Position numbers and translations under genes: made by a program
In this document: positions 20,201 to 26,808 of the stretch, one piece after another
Numbering within the stretch: position 1 is the stretch's first letter
Layout: every line of letters begins with the position of its first letter
Notes under the pieces: generated by a model
Databases searched by the model: none
The model's input: only the letters and a program-made list of their open reading frames with translations
Told to the model about the DNA's origin: nothing
Assembly (NCBI GenBank): GCA_038895375.1
Contig: JAWANM010000001.1
Span: forward strand, 3,587 to 67,586
Source: Candidatus Pacearchaeota archaeon
GTDB lineage: Archaea; Nanobdellota; Nanobdellia; Pacearchaeales; UBA284
Length of the DNA: 64,000 bases
Direction of reading: 5' to 3'

Positions 20201-21061
20201 ATTGGAGCAATTGCAATTCGTACCATCAACGTAATTAAAACAATTTTCGTCACTTATACCATCCCTCATAATAAAATCAAGGGCAACATCCATCCAACCA
20301 CCACAACAATTCTCATACGATCCATAATAAGGATCTGTGTGGCAGTTAGAAACAAGGTACTCTTCTGCAAGGTCAGGATTTAATCTTGAATTGTTCTGAT
20401 TAATCTCATACTTGGCCTCGAGAGAGGCTATAGTAGAAAAAGCCCAGCAAGAACCGCAAGAACCTTGATTCTTAACAGAAGTAAGCCATCCATGAATTTC
20501 GTCAAAAAATGTAAAATTATATTTGCTATAGTTTGTTCCATTCGGAGGATTGCGCCAGTCCCAATAAGGAAAATCAGAAGCATTATAAGTTTTAACTGGA
20601 ATTTCTTTGATTAATAATTTTGTATCCTCTCTAGATTCTTCAAAAAAATTCTCTTTAAAACTTTCTCTTGCTCTATTCTCTGCATAAATACATTTAGAAG
20701 ATTTTGTCAAGTCTAATAGCTCATTAACGGGAATTTCTTTCATAATTTTTTTACCTGTTTCGTTAGATGGAACAATACAAAAAGCCATGCCATTTTTGCT
20801 TTTAAGCTCATAGCCATGCTTAGAACAGTAAGAAAATTCCTTGCCGCATTCGCCTCTCAAAAAAGACCATTCTTCGCATCTTTCTTTATTTGGCATCACA
20901 CAAATGCCTTTCTGGCCTAAAGCAGTTTCTACAATTTTATATTCATAACCCAATTCGCTACAATAAACTGCCGCAGGGTTTGGTAATGCAGAAACATAAC
21001 TTGTAAGAAAAATTAAAGCGAATATCACAAAGATAATCAAAAAAAATCTTGAGATTCTCAT
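17225..21061 (-). CDS. Giant membrane-anchored surface protein: signal peptide, DUF333-like modules, papain-family (C1) cysteine peptidase domain, Ig-like/beta-helix repeats, (GGGA)n linker, C-terminal TM
   Basis: NPAAVYCSELGY..GICVMPNKERCEEWSFLRGECG (DUF333). QGSCGSCWAFS (C1 catalytic Cys), LNHGVLLVGY (His), IVKNSWG (Asn). Right-handed beta-helix-like repeats (NITIFNLTISNFSTGIYIYD...). GGGAGGGAGGGAGGGAS. C-terminus LYIVLILVAMALIITIFFAVFKKKRK. Confidence 0.75.
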   Translation of the reverse strand: MRISRFFLIIFVIFALIFLTSYVSALPNPAAVYCSELGYEYKIVETALGQKGICVMPNKERCEEWSFLRGECGKEFSYCSKHGYELKSKNGMAFCIVPSNETGKKIMKEIPVNELLDLTKSSKCIYAENRARESFKENFFEESREDTKLLIKEIPVKTYNASDFPYWDWRNPPNGTNYSKYNFTFFDEIHGWLTSVKNQGSCGSCWAFSTIASLEAKYEINQNNSRLNPDLAEEYLVSNCHTDPYYGSYENCCGGWMDVALDFIMRDGISDENCFNYVDGTNCNCSNSNCSTSCVYHTGGNCSNAICSDRCSDYATRLWNITNFTTNVNISNYPNVTVPLSNEELKQLLIDNGPIIIGVKATSAWFNYSGGLFNDSTCNIPQNWSDLNHGVLLVGYNDTGNINTSYWIVKNSWGAGWGDNGYIYIRFNCSGVGVEVEYPHVVNAPNFKPSILLNSPENGYITNNSLITFNFTTINKNATNATCDLIINNTIVNTTIAENNTFTTITYNLSKEGIYNWKIQCWEENIGIINISTTRTLIVISGEPTVILNEPQDNFTSNSRNIIFNCTASDNVNLTNVTLYGNWSGGWHANETNSSPENAIPVIFEKILDSGTYVWNCQACDAAGNCVFASNNRTLTIPYGCVAESGMIYTCGDRIYESCTLNGNLQSNGTCFTIGSNNITINGAGYSITGNSTGYGINTAQGGNITIFNLTISNFSTGIYIYDLPVSGELSINISNCNVQDNLQQDVGFNSLSDSSCDRIFIENVTGSGDRAIAFYNESVNLSDEIFSELILCDADSSSIYNVTVIGSDYLQNNGIFVYYTNDSNFSLINSSGNYYGIYLEDSNGNNINDSIFEYNDYGLYLEDGQNNVIIDNIIRENNLFDLIGYANIDTYCNNIIENNTGSGDREIKFYNSSVTLENETLSELILCNADNSSLKNITIAGSESLDNNGLLVLATENTTFDLINSSGNYFGLALFNSNHNNITNSSFNDNYVGIGVLSSSKNSIFNTKANSNEFGILLGFSRDNYIISTETNNNQIGLFINSSSNNNILIDDESKNNQFFAFVSLNSTNNIVSYFDIGLEETINFISENIALNKTIAPAPDPRNYRNIGKFVNVIAASVGSWIYLNMSYNEREISDETSLKMFAYNGSWSELASSGVDTEHNYVYSGNVSIANSSIFAPMYYSPSSGGGAGGGAGGGAGGGASTINIGPTNQTNITNITLPELPEPLVREEKIQGKAEEKQEEARKVSFPTLYIVLILVAMALIITIFFAVFKKKRK

Positions 21062-21381
21062 TTTTTAAAATCTCCTGGTTTACATTCTCCTCGATAATAA
21101 GCCCATTCTTCGCATTTCGAACCATCTGGAAAAATGCAAACGCCGTACTGGCCTTTTTCGTTTTCTCTAATTTCAAGAGTTCCATTATTTTGAATGCAAT
21201 AAACACTTGCCGGATTTGGTATTGACTGATTTGCTTTTTTTTCTTTATTTGAATTCAAGAATTTTAGCATTACCAAAACTAAAGCAAAAACTAGAACTAA
21301 AGTCGTGAAAAGCAAAATTTTTTTCATCTTGCCTCTTTTCGAAAATAGAAATTTTCTGCATTTATAAATTTTCTCGATCAA
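21058..21381 (-). CDS. Small secreted DUF333-domain protein
   Basis: Signal peptide then NPASVYCIQNNGTLEIRENEKGQYGVCIFPDGSKCEEWAYYRGEC. Stop overlaps the start of the giant gene (ATGA). Confidence 0.6.
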   Translation of the reverse strand: MIEKIYKCRKFLFSKRGKMKKILLFTTLVLVFALVLVMLKFLNSNKEKKANQSIPNPASVYCIQNNGTLEIRENEKGQYGVCIFPDGSKCEEWAYYRGECKPGDFKK

Positions 21382-21414
21382 TAAATTTTTAAACTTTTTT
21401 TTATTAATTGTATT

Positions 21415-21740
21415 GCAGTTGAGAAGTTGGCTCTCCGGAAGGAGGAAGGTCCGCTCACCCCATCAAATTTTTGATGGAAGTGGCCGGCTTTCGCAAGAAA
21501 GCTTGCCGCGAGGCAAAGCTCTGCCACAGAAACGACACAGCTCTTGCTGAGAAATGAAGCTTGCGCAGATCTTTGAAGCAAGAGATTTGATGAAACGCCT
21601 CGAAAGAGGGACGCAAAAAATTTTTGCGTCGGCAACTCGGCCGGTGCAACTCGCATTCGCGAGGCTTAGTAGGATGCCAACATGGTCTGTTTGAAGCCAA
21701 AACTTCAAAGACCAACAAAAAGCGGCCTATTCTCAACTGC
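21415..21740 (+). ncRNA. rnpB: Structured GC-rich ncRNA, most likely RNase P RNA
   Basis: 340-nt GC-rich island with no coherent ORF. Termini form a perfect 10-bp helix (GCAGTTGAGA 21415-21424 / TCTCAACTGC 21731-21740). P3-like hairpin CUCC-GGAA-GGAG followed by GAAGGUCCGCUC (like CR-I GGAAAGUCCGGGCUC). ACAAAAAGCGGCCUAU near the 3' end (like CR-V ACAGAANCCGGCUUA) can pair with GGUCCGC (P4). Followed by hairpin GCTCGG-CTATC-CCGAGC plus TTTT. Confidence 0.6.
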
Positions 21741-21744
21741 ACTG

Positions 21745-21768
21745 CTCGGCTATCCCGAGCAGCTTTTC
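21745..21768 (+). terminator. Hairpin (GCTCGG/CCGAGC) plus T4 immediately after the ncRNA
   Basis: ctgctcggctatcccgagcagcttttcg. Confidence 0.4.
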
Positions 21769-21810
21769 GAAAACAAAAATTTTTTATATTTTGAAAGCTG
21801 AAACTTAAAC

Positions 21811-21966
21811 ATGGCAGAAGAAATTACAATACCTGCATCAAGCGGCGGATTGATAAGATATGGTGAAGAGTATGAAACAAAATTCAAGTTGAAACCTGCA
21901 CATGTAATAGCTCTTATCATAGCGATCATAGCTTTTGAACTTCTTTTAAGAATCTTCAAAGTATAA
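21811..21966 (+). CDS. secG: Preprotein translocase subunit Sec61-beta (SecG), 51 aa
   Basis: Manual translation: MAEEITIPASSGGLIRYGEEYETKFKLKPAHVIALIIAIIAFELLLRIFKV. The SSGGLIRY motif plus C-terminal TM is diagnostic. Below the ORF-track size cutoff. Confidence 0.75.
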   Translation: MAEEITIPASSGGLIRYGEEYETKFKLKPAHVIALIIAIIAFELLLRIFKV

Positions 21967-21992
21967 TTGATGATAAAAATTTTATATCTCAA

Positions 21993-22406
21993 ATGCTTCT
22001 CTTTTTTATGAATTTTGAGAAAGCCGAGATTTTTTTAAAAGCAGCCGATCATCTAGCTTATGTCACCTATCCTTTAACTAAAGATAAAAATTTGTTGAAG
22101 AAAATTTTTGAAAATCTAGAAGCTAGCATTGAAAACATTCTTAATTTTTCTGAAATAAAAGAAGAAACTATAAAGAAAGAGTTTTCTAGGATGCTTGACG
22201 AAAAAGAAATAAACAAACTTCTAGAAATGGCAGAAATTTTAAAAAGAAAGAAAAGTTCTACTGTAGAATTTTTAAGAAAAAACCAACTTGTATGGATGGA
22301 TGAAAACTTAAAGTCGAGCGCAATAAGTTTGGAGGAATTGAAAGAATATATTCGATTGACCAAAAAAATATTGATAAAATTGAAAACCGATAAGTATATA
22401 AAATGA
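21993..22406 (+). CDS. Hypothetical protein; paralog of next gene
   Basis: Shares the pattern AEHL.YV....K....L..I.E.....I with the 22463 ORF. Confidence 0.35.
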   Translation: MLLFFMNFEKAEIFLKAADHLAYVTYPLTKDKNLLKKIFENLEASIENILNFSEIKEETIKKEFSRMLDEKEINKLLEMAEILKRKKSSTVEFLRKNQLVWMDENLKSSAISLEELKEYIRLTKKILIKLKTDKYIK

Positions 22407-22462
22407 GATTGCTATGTATTTTGTTTTCAAAATGTTAATAGAGAATTAAAAAGGATTCTAAA

Positions 22463-22909
22463 ATGAAAAATTTATTGAAAGAGATTAAGCGCGAACAAAA
22501 AATGGCAGAACATCTTTTTTATGTTAGCTTAAAATATACAAAAAGCAGCGATGTAATTTTAAATTTAATACAAAAATGGGAAAAAATTATGGAGCTTTGT
22601 ATAGAATTGCTCTTGAAGAAAGCCAAGAAAAAGAAACAAATTTCTGTCATACCAAGTGCGCCAAAAGCGAAAGAGCTTCTTGTAAGGCAAATTTACAAAG
22701 AACTGGAAGAACCTTTAAATCTTTATGCTTTATTTAGAAAAATGCCGAACCTTGAAAAGATAAGAGAGCATGAATTTAGAAAGAACGTTGCCATTCGCGT
22801 GCTCGATCAAGGCAAAGAAATAGAAATCAACATGGAAAAATTGAAGAAATGGTATGAGCTTTTCAATGAAACAATTAAATTCTGCGAAAAAGTTTATGCA
22901 AGTAAATAA
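22463..22909 (+). CDS. Hypothetical protein; paralog of previous gene
   Basis: Tandem duplicate. No motif recognised. Confidence 0.35.
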   Translation: MKNLLKEIKREQKMAEHLFYVSLKYTKSSDVILNLIQKWEKIMELCIELLLKKAKKKKQISVIPSAPKAKELLVRQIYKELEEPLNLYALFRKMPNLEKIREHEFRKNVAIRVLDQGKEIEINMEKLKKWYELFNETIKFCEKVYASK

Positions 22910-22988
22910 GCTAAAGCATTGTCTAAGGATTCGTAACAGCACATGCAAATCAAGTTAAATTTTTAAATGTAAATGCTTAAATAAAAAC

Positions 22989-23753
22989 ATGAAAAGAGGA
23001 AAAGTTATTGTGATAACCTCCGGAAAAGGAGGAACCGGAAAAACCGTGACTGCAATAAATCTAGCTGCTTCTCTGCATGCTCTTGGAAAAGATGTTATAC
23101 TTGTAGATGCTAACTTGACTACTCCAAACATAGGTCTGCATCTGGGCGCGCCGATTGTTCCCGTTGCGTTGAATCATGTATTGCAAGGTAAAAAAGATAT
23201 AACCCAAGCTATATATCAACATCATTCTGGGCTAAAAATTGTGCCTTCAAGCATTTCAATAGATGCTCTTAAAAATGTAAAGCCCGAAAATCTTGAAAAA
23301 GCAATAAAACGCTTGAAAGACTTGGCTGAAATAATAATCTTAGATTCTTCAGCAGGCCTTGGAAGAGAAGCTTTAACTGCTATACAACAAGCCGATGAAA
23401 TTTTTATTGTTACCAATGCTGAAATGCCGGCTGTAGCAGACGCTTTGAAAACAATAAAGCTTGCAGAAAAGCTGAGAAAAAAAGTTTCTGGAGTCATCGT
23501 TACAAGAAAAAAAGGTAAAAACGAAATGAAAATTAAAAACATATCTTATTTGCTTGAAAAACCAATAATAGGCATTGTTCCAGAAGACGATTCTGTTTCT
23601 GAGGCTATTATGTTGCGCGACATTCTTGTAAATATAAAACCAAAAAGCAAAGCAGCAAAAAGTTATAAAAGAATTGCGGCACGCATCGTCGGCGAGAAAT
23701 ACGAGGAGCCAAAAAGTTTTTTTGCAAGCTTATTCAGTTGGATTAAAAGATAA
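22989..23753 (+). CDS. minD: MinD/ParA-family P-loop ATPase
   Basis: Deviant Walker A VITSGKGGTGKTVTAINLA. 254 aa. Confidence 0.8.
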   Translation: MKRGKVIVITSGKGGTGKTVTAINLAASLHALGKDVILVDANLTTPNIGLHLGAPIVPVALNHVLQGKKDITQAIYQHHSGLKIVPSSISIDALKNVKPENLEKAIKRLKDLAEIIILDSSAGLGREALTAIQQADEIFIVTNAEMPAVADALKTIKLAEKLRKKVSGVIVTRKKGKNEMKIKNISYLLEKPIIGIVPEDDSVSEAIMLRDILVNIKPKSKAAKSYKRIAARIVGEKYEEPKSFFASLFSWIKR

Positions 23754-23846
23754 AAAATTTAAATTTTTGATTGGTAAAATTATTTAGATTTTACAGAATT
23801 CTCAACTCAAAAGATTTTTAATCTATTCTATTCTTGAATTATATAT

Positions 23847-23918
23847 GGTGGCTGTAGTATAATGGCAATACGCACGGCTGTGGCCCGTGAGACCTGGGTT
23901 CGATTCCCAGCTGCCACC
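23847..23918 (+). tRNA. tRNA-His (anticodon GTG) with encoded G-1
   Basis: G-1 then acceptor GTGGCTG/CTGCCAC (one U-U mismatch). D-stem GTAT/ATAC. Anticodon stem CACGG/CCGTG, loop CTGTGGC. T-arm CTGGG-TTCGATT-CCCAG. Discriminator C pairs with G-1. Confidence 0.8.
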
Positions 23919-23931
23919 CTTCCAAAATAAA

Positions 23932-25080
23932 ATGATGCCTGTGAAAGGTTTTCGCGACTTTACAGAAGAAGAAGCGTTAAAAAGAGAAAAAATTAAAGAA
24001 ATCATAATAAAAAAATTTAAAACTTATGGTTTTGAGCCTGCAGAAACGCCTATAATCGAATATGAAGATTTTGCAAAAAAAGAACAATTCGAGGAAACTA
24101 TAAGCGAAATTTTCAAGTTGAAAGACAGAGGCAAAAGAAATCTTGCATTGCGCTATGAGCTTACATTTCAACTTAAAAGAATTGCAAAAAACAAAAAGCT
24201 CCCGTATAGAAGATATCAAATAGGAGAGGTTTTTCGTGACGAGCCTGTTTCTGCTAACAGATTCCGACAATTCACTCAATGCGATATTGACGTTGTTGGC
24301 TCGACAATAAGAGACGAAGCTGAAATTTTAAAAATTTTTTCTGAAATTTTGGAGGAATTAAAAATCGATGCAACAATTGTAATCAACAATAGAAAATTGT
24401 TGGACGAAATTTTGGAAGAGCAAGGAATTGAAAAGCAAAACAGAGAAAAAGTGATCAAAGAGCTCGACAAACTCAATAAGCTACCAGAATCGGAAGTTAA
24501 AGAGAATTTAAAAAAATTCAATGCAGAAAAGCTAATCGAGATAGTAAAAAAACCAAAAAAATTTTTCGAAAAATATTCTGCCTTCAAAGAAATAAAAGAG
24601 TTACTAAAGTATTGCAAAATTTTTAAAGTCAAGGTGAAATTTTTGCCTTCTTTAGCGAGAGGTTTGGCTTACTACAACGGAAATATTTTTGAAATTTTCA
24701 CCAAAAAAATGAAAGAAAGCATTGCGGGCGGAGGTTCTTATCTGATTGAAAAAATTCAAAGTACAGGCATTTCTTTTGGTTTAGAAAGATTGAGCTCGTT
24801 GGCAAAAGTTCAAGTAGAGGGTGTAAAATGTTTGATTATTTCTATAGGGCAAGAAAAAGAAGCCATAGAGCTTGCACAAAAATTAAGAAAAAAGCAAATT
24901 TCTTGTTTTGTTATGGACAAAATTTATAAAGCTGTAGAATACGCTAATGCAAAAAAAATCCCTTATGTAATTTTCGTAGGAAAAAAAGAGCTCGAAAAAG
25001 AAAAGTTCAAACTGCGAGACATGAAAACCGGAGAAGAAAAACTTCTTACACTAAACAAACTGCTTGAATTTCTTTCTTGA
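23932..25080 (+). CDS. hisS: Histidyl-tRNA synthetase
   Basis: MMPVKGFRDF..YGFEPAETPIIEYEDF and the motif-2 region RYQIGEVFRDEPVSANRFRQFTQCDIDVVG. True start is at 23932; the ORF-track start 23887 lies inside tRNA-His. Confidence 0.85.
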   Translation: MMPVKGFRDFTEEEALKREKIKEIIIKKFKTYGFEPAETPIIEYEDFAKKEQFEETISEIFKLKDRGKRNLALRYELTFQLKRIAKNKKLPYRRYQIGEVFRDEPVSANRFRQFTQCDIDVVGSTIRDEAEILKIFSEILEELKIDATIVINNRKLLDEILEEQGIEKQNREKVIKELDKLNKLPESEVKENLKKFNAEKLIEIVKKPKKFFEKYSAFKEIKELLKYCKIFKVKVKFLPSLARGLAYYNGNIFEIFTKKMKESIAGGGSYLIEKIQSTGISFGLERLSSLAKVQVEGVKCLIISIGQEKEAIELAQKLRKKQISCFVMDKIYKAVEYANAKKIPYVIFVGKKELEKEKFKLRDMKTGEEKLLTLNKLLEFLS

Positions 25081-25088
25081 AAATCTAC

Positions 25089-25517
25089 TTAAGCAGATGC
25101 TGGAGACGCTGCTCTTACTAAGGCAATTATTGCTCCTATAATAGCAAGCACAGGACCAACAACAAAGCCGGCCGGTGGTATAAGCAAAGCTATTATCGAA
25201 AAAACTAGAAGCGTTAGACCTGCTGCCAAGAAATTTTTTTTCAGAGTTGCTGCAACCACAAAAAGAACGAAGCCGCAAACAATGTTTATTATTCCAAGAT
25301 CGCCAAGATTCCACCATGTAAAAGCTTCCAGTTTCCAAGAAAGTAAAGAGCCAAGAAGCCACAAAATCCCTGCAAGCAAAGTAATTATGCCTCCGGTTAT
25401 GCCTAGCAAGTGTATTGCTGTAACCGGTTGTACAACTTTTTTTTCCACTTTTAACTCTTTTTTTTCTACTTTTCTAGCTTGAGTTTTTTTGCTGACTCTT
25501 TTTGTTTTTTTTGCCAT
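25089..25517 (-). CDS. Small integral membrane protein (3-4 TM) with basic N-terminus
   Basis: Hydrophobic segments ITGGIITLLAGILWLLGSLL, IVCGFVLFVVAATL, GLTLLVFSIIALLIPPAGFVVGPVLAIIGAIIALV. Confidence 0.4.
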   Translation of the reverse strand: MAKKTKRVSKKTQARKVEKKELKVEKKVVQPVTAIHLLGITGGIITLLAGILWLLGSLLSWKLEAFTWWNLGDLGIINIVCGFVLFVVAATLKKNFLAAGLTLLVFSIIALLIPPAGFVVGPVLAIIGAIIALVRAASPASA

Positions 25518-25550
25518 GCTCTTTTAAAGCAATTGAAGTTTAAAAATGTT

Positions 25551-26219
25551 TCACTCGGCGCTTAGAATTATTTTTTCAATTTCTTGATTTGATATTGAGC
25601 ATCCTTTGAATTTCAAAGCATAAAGCATGGCTTCGATTATTTTTTGCTTCGGAGCATCAAAATTTATAATCTTTTTATTCAAAGCGATCAAGACAAGTTC
25701 GCTAGAGCGAATGATGTTTATATTTTGAAAAAAATTATAATTTTCTCTATGAGCCTCGATTTTTCTATGCAATTTTTTTTCTAATAGCCTATGCAAGTTA
25801 TTCGGTGCTTCGCATAGCATTCTAGTAGTTCTTTCGTCTATTACTATCGCTTTTTTTTCTGCTCTAAGAATTTTGTATAAAGCAATACAAGAAGCCTCGC
25901 CTTCATGAATCAGCCTGACAAACTCGTTATTGGCTTTAAAAGTTTTATTTGCTTTTTCAAGAATTTTTTGTTTTTCTTTTTCTAAAAAAGAATCATCTGG
26001 ATAAATAGTTAAAATTCCTTTATCGATTAAATTTTTGATCATCAAGGCTTCCAAAGCAAAGCGATTTGTTTCTAGAGATTTATCGATGAGCTCTTCTTTT
26101 ATTGTTTTGGTAAGATAAAAATCTCCACCAAAAATTTTTTTCAAGGGTTCTAAAGTATAGAGCAAGTCGTTCAGAGCTAAAGAAATTATTGCGCTCGAAT
26201 CAAAAATCAGTGCTTTCAT
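25551..26219 (-). CDS. PIN-domain nuclease-like protein
   Basis: MKALIFDSSAIISLA N-terminus (Asp in strand 1). Further acidic positions (VIDERT). 222 aa. 4-nt overlap with the upstream HTH gene. Confidence 0.5.
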   Translation of the reverse strand: MKALIFDSSAIISLALNDLLYTLEPLKKIFGGDFYLTKTIKEELIDKSLETNRFALEALMIKNLIDKGILTIYPDDSFLEKEKQKILEKANKTFKANNEFVRLIHEGEASCIALYKILRAEKKAIVIDERTTRMLCEAPNNLHRLLEKKLHRKIEAHRENYNFFQNINIIRSSELVLIALNKKIINFDAPKQKIIEAMLYALKFKGCSISNQEIEKIILSAE

Positions 26220-26776
26220 CTGAACAAAGATTCTGCAAGTTTAATTCTTTTTTCTATAGGCAAAGTAATCGACAAGTCTATATCTGCTATTCCAGTAAGA
26301 CCAACGTATTCTGCAAGTTCCCATTGTGTAATTCCAAGTAGTCTTGCAGTTTCCGCTCTGGAAATGCCATGTTCGTAAATTCTAGAAGCCTTGTTTATTG
26401 CAGCTTTTCTAAAAACCTCTAAAATGTAAGTTTTCAACTTTGAACTTATTTTCTCTGTTTCTTTCCTTATGTTTATCATTTGCTCTCTAAAAGCCTCAAC
26501 ATTATCTTGTTCTAGAGCTTTTATGGCTCTATCTAAAAATTTCAGACATGCTCTAATAAAGCTTCGCCATTCGGGATATTCTCTGTAGTTCTGACGTTCA
26601 AGAATTTTGCTTAAAGTATAGATTGTAACTGCAAGCATAACAGCATCGGGATCTTTATAGATAGAAGCCGAGTGAATTGTTCTGTTCGACATATTTTTCA
26701 ACAAAACAATATCTCTTTCTTTTATTGCTTTTTTTGCATTTCTTAAAACTTTTAGAACGTTCTTTTTCTCTATCAT
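26216..26776 (-). CDS. Helix-turn-helix domain protein (C-terminal HTH) co-transcribed with PIN gene
   Basis: C-terminus GISRAETARLLGITQWELAEYVGL is a classic HTH. Confidence 0.45.
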   Translation of the reverse strand: MIEKKNVLKVLRNAKKAIKERDIVLLKNMSNRTIHSASIYKDPDAVMLAVTIYTLSKILERQNYREYPEWRSFIRACLKFLDRAIKALEQDNVEAFREQMINIRKETEKISSKLKTYILEVFRKAAINKASRIYEHGISRAETARLLGITQWELAEYVGLTGIADIDLSITLPIEKRIKLAESLFR

Positions 26777-26808
26777 TAATTCATAAAAAACAATGTTTTT
26801 TTTAAATG

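Noticed and set aside
21415-21740. Alternative reading of the GC-rich island as SRP (7S) RNA
   Set aside because: CUCC-GGAA-GGAG resembles the SRP helix-8 apex, but the 5'-proximal GGAAGGUCCGC and 3'-proximal ACAAAAAGCGGCC elements that can pair P4-style, plus the terminal helix, fit RNase P better. Left at moderate confidence because no covariance model could be run.
21378-21742. Three overlapping minus-strand ORFs (92, 95, 81 aa) over the GC-rich island
   Set aside because: The region's GC content is anomalous and the ORFs are mutually overlapping with Arg/Ser/Cys-rich low-complexity translations. A structured RNA on the plus strand explains the island better.
21750-21992. 80-aa minus-strand ORF
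   Set aside because: Antisense to the 51-aa Sec61-beta gene, whose translation has the diagnostic SSGGLIRY motif and a C-terminal TM.
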